A stretch of DNA of 64,000 nucleotides from Dicyema japonicum (lineage: Eukaryota; Animalia; Dicyemida): positions 1,546,657 through 1,610,656 of the forward strand of contig RDEW01000005.1 of NCBI GenBank assembly GCA_011109175.1, in the 5' to 3' direction. Below the pieces are notes generated by a model. The model searched no databases. It worked only from the letters and a program-made list of their open reading frames with translations, and was not told the origin of the DNA. Both the position numbers and the translations under genes were made by a program. Numbering within the stretch: the first letter of the stretch is position 1; each line of letters begins with the position of its first letter. Below are positions 25,710 through 38,905 of the stretch, piece by piece.

Positions 25710-27308
25710 ATGGAACCCCAGGATCACTGGGTCAAAGAGAAAGAAATAAAGTTCTCATCTATGGTTCTGGGAACTCTCAACTAAGAGGAAAATGAACAGG
25801 ACTTTACTTCCTCTAAATTCGCTAAAGTCATTTATTTAACTAATTCATTCGCCACTTAATAGAATTGACAACGATACAGCTAATGGAAGGTTTTTCAAAA
25901 ATACAATTTTTAGAATTTAAACTTCAGATTTTGTCAAGAATTCTAATGAAACCGAGGATGAAACTAAGGAAAACAGGGCCACTAGGATATCCAGATATCA
26001 ATGAAATACCAATCTATGAAAATACTGTAATTTGATTCATATTAAATCCCAGATTATAAAATCGCCTAGTGATTGCTACGTAATCACCGAATTCATCGAT
26101 CGGGGGTTTTCGGACAGGTATACAAGGCGACTCAAGAAAGCACGAAGAAATCAGTGGCCATTAAAATCCTCCGAATTGATGAGGATAGTGAATCACTATT
26201 CGAGGTACCAAGTATGTCTGAAAAAAGCTTGAATCTCTGTTAGATTCTGAAAAACGATGGAGGAAAAAAGTTTTTTATCCTCGAATTAATCGAAGTATTT
26301 CTTGTATCATGATTTCCCGTGTTTTGTGACTGAATTCCTTTCAATGAAATTTGATTCAATTTATAGAAAAAAATGGACCTATTGCAACTGAGTGGCATCA
26401 GATCCATTACATATCAGGTTAGAGTCTTTTTCATTTATATTTATTATTTTTAAATGAAACTTTTATTATTATTTTTTTATTTTTAACAATTTTTTCTAAA
26501 TGTTTTATGTGTTGTTTAGATGCTACGAGCTTTGGTCAAGTTGCAAGAACATGGGATTATCCACTCAGACATAAAACCCGAAAACATCATGCTAGTGAAT
26601 CACAAGCGGTATCCATATAGCGTGAGATTGGTGGATTTTGGTTCATCAGTCACAAAATATTATTTCCATGACTGCTACTATGTTCAAAGCCGGCATTACA
26701 GGTCGCGTGGATTTCTCAAGTTAGAGCTCCGAGGTTTTGCTGGGCTGCCAGATTGACGCTAAAATCGACATGTGGTCTCTTGGATGCGTAATGGCCGAGC
26801 TCTTTTACTGCTCAATTCTCTTCCCGGGCAAAAACGAGTACCAACAGGTTCATGACCCCCTAACCATAGCTCTTCTATATTACTATGGTAGAGGGAATGC
26901 CTCCAAAGGAAATGCTCAGTATAGGATCAAGGACGTCAGAGTTCTTTGATTGCCAAACCTCTAAGAATGGCGATAAAATGTGGAGTATGAAGGTAACCAC
27001 GTGACTTATTTGTAGTCCAAGGAGAGATATTATGCGGGGGCTTGCTAAAATTCCAAAAGACGTTAAAGTTGACATACCAGTAAGAATTTGACTCCTTAGA
27101 TTAGAGATTGTCGGACCTGGTAAAAAATCAATCAAGTTGGAAGATGCCCAGTGCTTACTATCAAGTGCTTTTCGCAGACTTTGTCACATATAGTCGATTG
27201 CTTGATAGTATATTGAAACTAAATCCGGCTGAGAGAATTGATCCCAAAGGAGCTCTGAGTCATGGTTTCATTGATTTTACCCACATCCTACCTACTCACT
27301 CCCAATAG
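25710..27308 (+). CDS. HIPK: HIPK/DYRK-group CMGC protein kinase, most like HIPK
   Basis: FGQVYKAT...VAIKIL, HSDIKPENIMLVNHKRYPYSVRLVDFGS, YVQSRHYRAPEVLLG, IDMWSLGCVMAELF. Tiny introns plus one 102-nt intron; two homopolymer deletions. Start codon uncertain. Confidence 0.85.
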
Positions 27309-27379
27309 TTAAATTGGCTGTTTATTAATAGTACGAGAATGGCGTTTTGGATGATGCCGAGTTGCTACAGGGAGTCCTA

Positions 27380-28600
27380 TCGAACTGAGACGGTACCTGA
27401 GGATCCCAAGTTATGAATAAGCCGATGGAATCTGATATTATTAAATCTACCAGGAATTTTTTTTAAATAAATTAAATTTTGTTGAACATTTGTGCGTGTT
27501 AATTTCTCTATATGTTTTGGCTCTGTTTGTTTATCTGAGTCAATGTCATTATCTTCAGAAGCTGAGACTGTTTGGTATTGCCCAACTAGGGATGATTCCC
27601 AATCTTTGGGATTTTCAGTGGGTAGTTCCAAGTCTAAGTTGACAAGTTTCTTCTGTCATTGGATTGTCGACTAGTCTATTCATGAGGATGTGAACAGTAA
27701 ATTGTTTTCAGGATTGTCGTTTATATCATATATTTTTACTGGAATGCCACACCTATTAAAGCAGAGGGAGATTGTGTTTGATTTCACGTCCATCCAAGCT
27801 GTGCTAATCCACTGGATAGCATCCGAGAGAGAAATTTTTTCTGCAAGTGGTGTCGCATTGGTTTCTGTGTCTATTTTGGCAAAAAGTTAAGTCATTAGTA
27901 GTCTTCTGTATCTTTCTTTAAATTGGCTTTAGCTTTTCTCCTGTCGAACTGCATGCAAGCATTACAGTAAGACGTTCCTTCGACTTCTAAGATCCACTGT
28001 GATGATTACCTCTTACTGATAGTGTTTTATCAGGAAGGGCACGATCGAATAGTCCGGTTTCGTCGCAGTTAAATATATCCTCTGCTCGATATCCCTCAAT
28101 TAGAAAAGGTACACGTTCCATCCAGTCAGAAACAACATCACTTTCACCACTGATACAGTACGACTGGATTGAGTAACGGGACTTCCACCTCCATAACCAG
28201 CCAGTGTAAGCTTTAAAATCATTTTCGCCCAGTGCTTTAGCAAACTCTGTAGATTTTTCGATAATAATTGGTCCTGACAAACAAAAGTTTTTGAAACGTG
28301 CTATCTGGAACCACTCCCAAATGATTTTATTCAAATTTTTAAATTTGCAGTTGTTGTCAAAACGTTTTTTTAGCAGAATTTGCGTTGTTATTAAATAATT
28401 CCAAAAAAAATATCAGCCTTTTTAAGTATGTCTGATACAGTGCTGCATCCAACTCCATACTTCTTGCTGAGAAATTTTTGTGTCGGCTTAGGTGTTTGGT
28501 TCGATTCATTTATTATTTGAATTTTCTTCTTTAAAGACAATTCGCAACGTAATCGTTTTCTTTGCGGAGCTATCATCTTTTAGTTTTTGATTTTCTGTCG
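27380..28600 (-). mobile_element. Pogo/Tigger transposase (CENP-B HTH plus DDE), internally deleted
   Basis: LSLKKKIQII...KYGVGCSTVSDILK, GWLWRWKSRY, IFNCDETGLF, AIQWISTAWMDV. Confidence 0.85.
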
Positions 28601-28816
28601 AGTTGTTCGCTCTATCGTTGTTCGCAATTCAAGGTTAAAGACGATTAATAAGATTAGATCAAAGATTGATGTAAGGAGGCCGGTTTATGATTAAAGAAAA
28701 TTCAAGTTGGGACCACAAAATACGGCCTGTATTCGGAATAGAGGAGATCCGGTATATCGAAGATGAAATAGCAGTGATGGCCTATGAGTGATTCGGGACC
28801 TGAAGTTTAGTCGGTT

Positions 28817-30032
28817 TTAAGGGAATTCCGGTATACTGAGGAATCGGTTTAGAGGGGTTTGACTGTATTTTTTAATCTTGATTTTCTCGGCCAGATCGGC
28901 TGCAGATTGCGCCGGGCTGAGTATCATCGAGTTTGAGAAAGAATCCACAACAGTACAGTCCCATACGAGCGATTTTCGCTCAGTGAAAGTTAAGATAGTT
29001 AACCCATCCGGTCTTTTCCCGTCTCCGCGGTCCGATCCCACGGGCTCCAGTACTGCCGGGAAGCCTGCAATGACAATGTTGTTCATAGCAGCATGGCGGA
29101 GTACTCTGCTTGCACTCCTTTTGCACGAAAGCGGATGCAGCCCTTTGGCATCGACGATCCCTCCACAACGACATTGGTGCTCGATGCAAACATCAAATCC
29201 CAGGCGTTGTGCTATCCCAGTCATCGTCCAAAAGGGTCCCCAGGGAGGAACACGGGAGTGCATCCAGCCACGCTCCGCTTCCATGGTTGGCGGCGGTCAC
29301 GAGGCATGCAAGACGATGCTGGTTGGCCTCAGACTTTAGCACGTCGAAGGTATTCTTGGAGTAGATCTCATCCTAGTCAAGTTGCCTCGAAGGATCGTTC
29401 GGTGTATCCAAACCAGTTTCACACCATTCGCGACGAGCTTTATCGAAGACTTTTTCCCAAGAGAGTCCGGTTGGAAAACGTAGGATATCTTGGACCAAAA
29501 GGCTTTCACTTGAGAGCGATGACACATATGCTGGAAAGGTGATCTCCAGCGTCGACCTGAGACCCGTACCTCCGAGCGTTTAGGAAGCTTGCATTGATTC
29601 CAACTCGGCACGTCAAAGTGGATGTTTAGAAGCAATTCAGCTGATTTTCTCAATGTCCTATCTAGTGACATGAGGATGTCACAATGTTTGAAGCAGGAGA
29701 ACATCGGATAGCGTATAAAAATTTGGGCAAGCCGATACTATTCTTCAAGAGGAAGAACGCTGTTTGAACTCTTTTATTCTAAAAGAGTTTATCCTCTTTT
29801 TTTAGTAGATGGCTCCGCAGTTTTTTTCCATCAAGTGGAAACCCAAGAAAGTAAGTCCGCTCCTTGGGTACGACAGTAATTCCAAATAGTATCGAGTTGT
29901 AAGACTCGGCCACGATGATAAAATAACTCTCCGAGTATGTTATGTTTATTAGTTCCGATTTCTTTATATTTATCTCAAGTCCGAGGTTTCGTAGTGCCGG
30001 CACGGCATGTGACAGTGACAGAACGTCATGAA
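28817..30032 (-). mobile_element. CRE element, C-terminal half (separated from 32979-34330 by a LINE insertion)
   Basis: [44 protein letters not shown]...LVWDCTVVDS. Confidence 0.9.
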
Positions 30033-30094
30033 AAGCGTCATGTGGTTCACCTTTTGTGGTGGCGCTCAGTGTAGTAATACACCAAAAAGAACCA
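30033..30094 (+). ncRNA. Putative HDV-like self-cleaving ribozyme at the LINE 5' end
   Basis: P1 AGCGTC/GGCGCT, P2 TGGTTC/GAACCA, P3 ACC/GGT, P4 GTGT/ACAC, in HDV order; helices covary across other copies. Confidence 0.72.
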
Positions 30095-32978
30095 TTTGCT
30101 CTTCCCCATCCAGACTCCTTATGCCTGGATGGTATACCTCAACTGGAAACTCGAGATGTTGTTTGTTCCCCTGGATTCTATTGCTTTCTGGAGATAATGA
30201 AAAAACCCTGGACCAAAACCCCTTGTTATTGTGCAACTCAATGCTAACAGAATAAAAACAAAGATTCTGGAGTTACGATGTTTATAAACGAAGCACAAGA
30301 TTGACATCTGCATTATCCAGGAGTCAAAACTTTCTATAAAGAATACAACCCCACTTTTTCCTGGATACATCTCTATCAGAAAAGACCGCATCGGACGTGG
30401 TGGCGGCTTACTCACCATTATTAAAAACGGTTTATCTTCCACGATGTGAGCTCGCAAGTGGATGATTTAATTCTACACGACAAGACCGCGGAACAAATTT
30501 CTATTGATCTTATTAATGGGTCAGAACATCTTATTCTAATCAACATTTACATTCCACCGCCGGGATCCTGTCCTAATAACTATGTTCCGAAGCTCGACAA
30601 ACTACAAGAAATTCGAAATGTGTTACTATGTGGGGATTTCAACGCCAAACATCCGCAATGGCTCAGTACCCAGTCGGCAGACAAGAGGGGGAGTCTAATT
30701 ATCGACTCTCTCGAAAAAATGGTGATTCTGAATCACCCGAATATCTTCACAAGGACACCAGTTCGAAGAAATGACAACCCAACCTCCCCCGACATATCTT
30801 TTGCTTCCTCTAGGATTGCCCCGAAGATTTCATGGAACGTCTCCTACGATTTTCATAGTGATCATAATCCGATTATATTAAAACTGAGCCGATTCAATAA
30901 CTCACGTAGAATTAAAGCAACCTTCAAGGTCTACAAGAAAGCTGACTGGTCGAATTTCAAGCTCTTCATTGACCAAAACCTAATACATTTTGATCCCACC
31001 TCATTTTGCTCCATCGACAAAGCAGTGGACCATCTAAACCATGTAATCCTTCAAGCTGAAAAGTTGTTTGTACCACGTGCAGTTTACAAATCCTACAAGC
31101 CTACTCTGGACTCGGAGACTCGTCTCCTCATCAAACAAAGAAACTCCCTGAAGATGAATCATCTGCAAACCTCTTCTGATTTGGAAAATATAAAATGCTT
31201 AAATCAGAGAATTACAAAGCTCATCAGAGAAAAGAAAGATAGGGCGTGGAACCGCCTATTATCATCTATTGGACATATGAAATCCACGAGTCTTTTATGG
31301 AAAACTATTCGTCGAATCAAGCTAAACTTATCAGATGAATCAGAATCTTTTTCTGCTCCAAATACTGTGCAAGCTAACAACCTAATGAAATATTACGCAT
31401 CCATAAGTCACAAGGACTTCTCGAAATCCATTCTTGTCACTTCGGAATTTAATGCCTAAACCAACTTCGTGGATCAATTATTTACGCATGCCGAGGTCAC
31501 ACAGGCTATAAGATCGATGAAGAGATCTTATACGTGTGGTCCTGAAGGCATTCCGGGAATTTTGCTAAAACACCTTGGTAATGTTGCATTCAATTCGAAT
31601 ACGTCAATTTTTAATTTGTCTTCTAACATGAACGTCATCCCATGCAAATGGAAGAACTCACTTATAATACCAATCCTTAAACCAGGAAAACCGAAAACCT
31701 TACTTCTTCCTACCGTCCAATTTCATTAACGTGGCATTATCGCGCCTAATGGAGAAACTCGTACTCTGGAAAATTAAACCCCATTTGCCCGACTGCCACT
31801 TTCAACATGGTTTCAAATGTGAGCGTTCAACTACGACACATTTGACTTCACTGTCTCAATTTATATCAGAAGGGTTCAACGTACCGAAACGCCATCTACG
31901 GACAATAATGGTTTCCCTGGATATCCAGAAGGCGTTCGATTCTGTCTCGAGAATATTACTCACGAAGAAGGTTTTTGACACCACCATTCAGACGGATTTG
32001 AAAAGATGGATAGCCAATTTTCTCTCCGGAAGAAGAGGACGTGTCTGTATAGGCCACGCAAGATCGAGGTCCCGTCTCCTACCAAATGGCGTCCCTCAAG
32101 GATCGCCCCTCTCTCCGGCATTATTCAACTTGTTCCTCAACGATTTACCCTGCCCTGGAGGACCAGATTCAATGCTTCTCACTTATGCTGACGACCTAAT
32201 CATCGCTAGCAGGAACAAATACGTGGGTACAGCAAAATCAGAGCTTCAGTCACATATTGACGACCTGGGAGCCTGGTTGAAGTTGAATCGTCTCTCCTAT
32301 CCAGGGACAAATCAACATATACAATCTTCACCACGGACAGAAAAGAAAAACATACACTGATTTGAACATTTTGGAGACTCCTTACCACTACAGACTCGTC
32401 CAACTATCCTGGGAGTGACATTTGACCCTTTGATGTCATTTTCTCAACATGTGAAGAACGTTATGACAAAGGGTCTCAGGAAACTTAATATAATCAAACC
32501 GCTCTTGAAGTCCAAACCTTCACAGGAATGCCCCTCGTCGTGTTCAATCAACTCCTAAAACCGACGATTGAGTACGCTGTGCCTCATGGGCCTATGGAGC
32601 TTCGATATCAAATTCACTCAAGATCAATACCCTAATTGGAAAACTAGCACGTCAAACAAATCTACCCCCGATCTTTCCCCAATGCTTGACCACGCCGCAA
32701 TCAAAAATAATGGCTCCGGCTTCATCGGTCTGTGTGGCCAAGAAACAAGTCGTTTCTTCCATTTAAGGCTAAGGCCTCAAATACACGAAATTTGGGGAAA
32801 AACCCACTCCTTTTCAAACCCTAATGAAAGATGATCGTCGTTTATTCAGGAAAGCCGTGGGTACTCTGGAGGAACACAGGAAAAACCTCTCGATCCTGTT
32901 GAGGCGTACCGGGATCACTTAATTAGTTGGATTACTCCTTCTTTCTTGGTGTTCCCTTTTCGGGTTATTAAATAAATA
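30033..32978 (+). mobile_element. Full-length (about 2.95 kb) Vingi/Ingi-like APE-RT LINE with 5-bp TSD ATGAA
   Basis: QLNAN, IIQESK, GDFNAKH, TSPDIS, SDHNPI (APE); QHGFK.ERSTTT, SLDIQKAFDSV, GVPQGSPLSP, YADD (RT); no RNase H seen. TSD at 30028-30032 and 32979-32983. Confidence 0.88.
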
Positions 32979-34330
32979 ATGAACTGTTCTACAAGGCCCT
33001 CCAATTTTGGCGTCATCAAGATACCAGAGGTTTAGCTGTATGTTGATTGAGCGGACAATTTCATCGATGGCCAGAGCGAAGATAAGTGGGTTCCCTTGTT
33101 GGACTCCAGTCTCTGAATGGATAATCTTGTCCCCGAAAACCAGTGAAGAATTGGTTCTGTAAGCGAGGAAGACATTGGAATAAGTTCCGGGGCTCGTTTG
33201 TTTGTAGTTTCGAAAATTTGATCCCTCCTCAATGAATTGAAGGCATTGCAGATGTCCAACTTGACCCCAATGTGTGGGTTTTTGTTCGTCTTTCTGTCCA
33301 AAAAAACACCTCGCAGCATGCACTGCCGCCTCGCATCCGTTCCTTACACTGACCCCCAGTTAAAGCGGGAAAATTCCTCAGATGTTCTCGGACAGATGAA
33401 ACTGCATGCGATTTTCGCTGTCAGTCTTCCGAAATGGGGGGACTCCACCTTCAGGTTTTTGAAGGCCAGTAGATGTGCACTGAAAAGAAGCTCCCTTGCG
33501 AGAGGAGGAATATCCCCGTTCAAAATACGCATAACCAGTTTTGTAATTGACAAGGTTGCGGCCAGCCTCTGCAGTGCCCCCATCCGCAAGATCTTTGATG
33601 TGACCTGGTCGCAAGCCATCAAGACCTCTACTGCTACTCGCCGCGAACGACGAAATGCCGCGCCGCACTTCGCCTTCGGTGACGGTTGTCCTTGACAAAT
33701 CTCCCGGGAGCACGAATGGGCGGTAATCTGCCGAAGGCATGGATGTTTTCGTCTGAGTAGTTAAAGCACCTCAGGGGTCGCAGCCATGACAGTATCGTCG
33801 CTGCCAACGACGCGAAACGCCGCACGGACATTGCCTTCAAATAGTTTACGATTTACTCACTCTCCGAGTTTGTCCGGGCTATTCAAAGAAACGGAGGATT
33901 GGAATCAGGATGTTTTGGTTTCATGACTTCCGTCTTGGTGAGAGAATGCACATAGAAAACCTGGATGTTCTTCATTTTTTTAGGAAAGGAAGTTCCCTGG
34001 TGTCTTACTTTCTCCTGTGTTCCGTTAATCTCCTTTTGAGTCGATAAATGGAATTCCAAGTGTCATCGGTGCGAAACTGAGGTGTTTTAGCCAGGCCTCC
34101 TGGTCGTCGGACGTGAGAGCATCGTAAATTGCATAGGCCAGGCATGTACCCGATCCGGAAGGGTCTTGGGATCCTGATTGGAATCTTCCTGGCTTTCCTT
34201 AGATCCGACAAGAAGAGCAAGAGGTTGTCTCTATCATTGAAGTCTAGAGGCTCATTGATTTTTTGGCAGAAATCACTAGTCGGTTCGCAATCAACCAATC
34301 TTAGACGGTGTTCACTATCGCCTGGGCATT
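32979..34330 (-). mobile_element. CRE element, N-terminal/RT half
   Basis: GLDGLRPGHIKDL, VKLDICNAFNS, TGVQQGNPL, WYLDDAKIGG; rejoins 30032 in frame. Confidence 0.9.
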
Positions 34331-34334
34331 AGCG

Positions 34335-34960
34335 GTTGCGGCTTGCCTACATTGATTCCGTGTTGCAATTATTAAGTCGTCTGCGTAGGAAAGTAACAAC
34401 AAATTTTCGTCCGTAATATGGTAGGTTGTGGAGGAAAAGATTTAAAAGAGCGGAGAATTTGGGGTACTTCGTTTGACAGTAATTGTGACCTTGATCTAAG
34501 ATGACCGCAGACGACTCTCTTATGTCGCCCAGAGAAAAAGTTCGCCAACCACAGCTTTAGGTTTGTACGAAATTTTGAATCAAAAATCTTCCCAATGAGA
34601 AGTTTCCTCGTGACCATTGTGGTACGCATATGTTGTGGGGTGGCATTAAATTCATCGGCAATGAATTGGGATAGTGTGGTTAAATGTCTAGAGGCAGGCT
34701 CGTAAGTTCTTTAATCTACCGATAGCCTCTGAGACCTGCTTGTCTGAGAATAGTTCTTTGTAAGGTTCCTTCTTCGGTTTATGGGTACGTACTTTGATAT
34801 CCAGGTGTTTAGAGAATGTCTATGACAAATGTGTTCAGTAGAAGGGTTCCATGTGCATCTTTCAACTCTGATTTAACTTGTTTTAGTGTTTTCCAGAATT
34901 GATGGGATGAACTATTCCCTATGGGTGATGGTTCTGCTAGAACGTGTCAGGAATTAGCTT
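34335..34960 (-). mobile_element. Vingi-like LINE RT fragment
   Basis: LKLWLANFFSGR..RVVCGHLRSRSQLLSNEVPQ, TYADD-like segment. Confidence 0.7.
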
Positions 34961-35019
34961 GTTTGATTTTACCCTTAGTTTTTGTTAATAATTAATTTAA
35001 CAATTTAATTAATAATATT

Positions 35020-35330
35020 TGCGCGTCCAACATTGTCGGGAGCGCGGTAGACACACTGTATTCCGCGGAAAAAACGATGAGAGCAAAGGAGAAGAAATAC
35101 GAAGCGCTACGCGACCGATTCGCGTTTTATCCGATAGTGGTCGAGACAACTGGAGGAATAAGTGGAAAATCGCTTCGCTTCCTAAAGAAACTTGGACGAT
35201 TAGCTACACTAAAAAGCCACGACGCACGTGAGACCCGGTGGCTACTCCAGTTGATCTCTGTTGCAATCGTGAGAGGCAACGCAACGTCGATAATGTTGAC
35301 GGGGTCCACTTTGGATGGATGGCAGTTTTA
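35020..35330 (+). mobile_element. CRE 3' fragment
   Basis: KEKKYEALRDRFAFYPIVVETTGGISG...QLISVAIVRGNATS. Confidence 0.85.
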
Positions 35331-35699
35331 AATAAAAGAATAAATTTGTGTTTAAAAAAATTAATAATATTTAGGTATGTGACGATGAGGTCACTCCAGA
35401 AATACAAGGGAATATTTCCTCGTCTTTTCTATCTTCTAACCAAAAGTTTGGTTTTTAGTCAAAAATGACTCGAAATAGTAGAATACTTTATATTTGTCTT
35501 TTAAATTAAAAAGACTAATGCAGTCTTCTAAACCCGTCACCTCTTGAATCCCACTTTTTGAAACTTGGCGTGTTCGAGAGGTTTTACTGTATTTGTTGCG
35601 AGTATTGATTTTTTTATCTTAATTTTTTTGGAGTTTGTATAATTCTTAACTGGTATGCATCTATTTAATTAACAATTGGATATGGTCACCAAGGTCACC

Positions 35700-35960
35700 A
35701 GCTTTTGGTCAAGGGATAAAACTGGCAACAAAAATCATCAAAATAGATCTTTTCTTTCGATAGACGCTTGGTTTGAGTCTGATTCTACGTGTGCATCTGA
35801 CTCTGCCGAACAGAAATCGGCTAAATTTTCTGCGCTTGGTAACCGTTTCGTCCCAATGGCATTTGAGACTTCGAGTGTAGCCAGCCTTGTCACTAGAAAC
35901 GTTCTATGAAAGATTCGCTGGTAGATCCTCTTGAAAGGGAGCTGCAATGCCTGAGTGGGA
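35700..35960 (+). mobile_element. CRE 3' fragment
   Basis: AEQKSAKFSALGNRFVPMAFETS. Confidence 0.7.
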
Positions 35961-36317
35961 GAAACGAGTAATGTTGTATGATTAAATTAGATCTTATTCA
36001 ACTGATTTCTACTGAGACGCCTGGAGTGCTAGGCCCCAGCATGAACACAAAATGAGCAGTCCCGATATCCACGCCGAGCTTCTTACTGTGGTTTTTCTTA
36101 GAAACCTGGATTAATCGCCACAGAAGGAAGGTTTTCTAATAAAAAGGGAAGAGGCGGAACAAAAGAAACAAACAGAAATCTCCAATCAAGTAGCTACATA
36201 GCATCACACCAACGTGCTACCATGCGGCTAATTATAAAGCGTGATAATATTACCCGCCAAATGTATTATATTTTTATAACAAAATTATTATTTTATACTA
36301 ATAATTACAACAAAAAA

Positions 36318-37128
36318 TTATTGAATACAACATTTATTACTAGACGTTGTTAGTTCATCTTTGTCATCCGGAGGATATTTGTTTTCCACTTTGTCAACGT
36401 CGACGTTTACAGGGATCATTTTTATATGAGAGTCAATCTCAAAGTTTTTGATGTTTACATTAACAAATTTGGCCGATAAATAAGCGAAAATAACGTCCAC
36501 CTACAATAAGGGACAACATACATTAAACCCACTCTTTGCGGAACATAAGTGATGACCGAGCTTGAGATTTTTAATTTTCATAATAGTCGTATTTTCTACC
36601 TTTGACATCAAGTCATCTTCGTAAATATATACAAAATACTTTTACAGCCTACAGTGAAAAAGGTTGGCATTTTCGACCCTCCAAATAGTGGGATGATCTT
36701 GATATACCAATCAAGGACGTGATCCAATGACTCATTATTGGTGACGTCATAGGCGAGTATGACTCCCTTAGAAGTGATGGATGAGACTTACATCTGTGTC
36801 GGAGAAATAATTAGGAAAGTTTTCTGACTCTATTTCGCTTCCAGAAATGTCCCAAATGTGAAGGGAGACGTCATAGGCTAGAATATAGGGAAAACTTACA
36901 CGAAACGACGATTCTTTTGTGAAGATTAGTGAAACCTATTGTAGGGTTATAGTTCCTTGTGAATCTGTCGTCAATGAATCGCTCAATGAGGGCAGTCTAA
37001 GGAGCATAACAGCCTACCTTTCCAACAAAACAGTCCCCAACAATGACTATTTTGCCATTATACGATGACTTTGACATGGCATCGACTTCTTTAAAGAGAT
37101 CGTCAATATTTTCTAATGTACCAGCCAT
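36318..37128 (-). CDS. RAB28: Rab-family small GTPase, Rab28-like, 5 introns of 21-25 nt
   Basis: Splices without frameshift to KIVIVGDCFVGKT, YNPTIG, SLHIWDISG, GVILAYDVTN, VGCKND, CSAKSG, and a C-terminal CaaX motif CCIQ. Confidence 0.8.
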
Positions 37129-37429
37129 TAAATAACCTATAGAGATTATTTATTTATAAATAATTCTTCAACTATTTTTATTTTAATAAAATTGTGTATT
37201 TAATAGAAATTCTCATTATTTCCGCGGTTTTCTTGTGGGTACCAGCTTGTGGTACAATTGTTTCACCGACTATATCCAACCCCATCACCTTCCCAAGTGG
37301 TCATATTACGGTTTGCTTGGTAGTGTCTAAAGAACGAGGCTATATCTACTGTTTCCAGGCCCATTTATCTCACGTTGAACCCAACCACCACCTCAACCAA
37401 TTAAGTAGCAACGCTGACGTACATTAACT

Positions 37430-38905
37430 GACCAATCGAACACAACCCTGGACCCAAATCCTTTCGAAAGTTGAAGATAATTGTAAACTCGAAGAAATGT
37501 TTAGATCTACGCATTTTCTTGATGAATTATTCTTTAGATTAGCGCTTCCCGATTGAAGGTGCAAGAAATAATTTAAAAAATCATGATTACTTGTACATAT
37601 ATGCAAATGATCTTCAAAAAGAATCAAGAGAATTTGAATACATTTATATTTTTAATAATTTATGATTAAATGCTAGAAATAAACGTTCAGGAAATGATCT
37701 TGAATGTTTGAAGGCTAAAAGGTCACGATACGATATCCAAGGAACGCTTCCGAAGCTTGGATTTACCTGCATTGACAAACCGTTACTTTTGGCGTCATCC
37801 AAAGTAGCATACAAAGTTGCGAAATCAAAGAAGTCACATAATATTGCAGAGACTTTTATTAAACCGTGTGCATTGAAAATGGTGAAAACAGTTCAACTAT
37901 TCTCGAAAACTGCAGCAGATCCTTTGTCAAATAATTGTATCCGGGATCGAATTAACTGTATCATTATGATATTCTTAAACGGACATAAATAATTCTTGCA
38001 TCAAGATTTCAATCCAGTTGGATGAATCTATCGATGTTGATGATTGCACTCAACTAATTGGCTTTGTTCGTTATCTACAATATAATTTAATTGCGAAAGA
38101 GTTTCTTTTTTGCTAACCTCTCGAAGCGGAACCTCTCAAAAAAAATATTTTCCATATAATTGAGACTTTTTTTGATGAACACATATTCCATTGGAAATTA
38201 TCGGGTCAATTTGCACGGAAGGTGCTCCAGTTATGCTGGGAAACAGGTCGGGGTTTGCAGCCCATTTGAGAAAACATGTTCCAGATGTAATAGTTACTCC
38301 TACATCATTCATGCGCTCACATCGAAGTCTTTGCCGACTAAGTTAAAATCTGTCTTAAATTCGTATGTCAAAATCGTGAATTGTATTCGAACAAGGGCTT
38401 TGAATCATAGACTGTTCAAAGCATTATGCATTGATGCAGATGCCACTTTTCTTTTGTATCATTCCGATGTTAGATGTCTGTCAAGAGGTTTTGACAAGAT
38501 TTTTTATTCTCAAGCTTGAAATCAAACAGTGATGGACGACTCAAATTCTTTGGAAATTTTTTCGATGCGGTTCGCATGTTGGGTTTCGGACCGTGCAAAA
38601 AAAGCACAGTAAGTTCTGGTTCAATTTGCAACAACTTGGCTATGTGAATCTGGATTTTCATCTTACTATATATAAAAAATAAGTACTGAAAGGCTCTTAA
38701 TCCTGCAAATGATCTCAGAATTGCACTAGCAAACAAAAAACCACGTTTAGAGGAATTAAAACAAAAAGGCAGGAAAAGTCTCAAGGAACCTAACTAATTT
38801 TTTTAATAAAATTAAAATTCTGTTTGATTCAAATTCGGGGATGCGAGGTTAGTTTTTAAAATTTTTGTGGGCGACAACTCAAAACGAACCCGGAAGCGCT
38901 GCTTT
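37430..38905 (+). mobile_element. Degenerate hAT Buster/Charlie-type transposon
   Basis: ASSKVAYKVAKSKKSHNIAETFIKPC, QLDES, LNHRLFKALC, LLYHSDVRCLSRG; candidate right end AAGCGCTG at about 38900. Confidence 0.8.
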
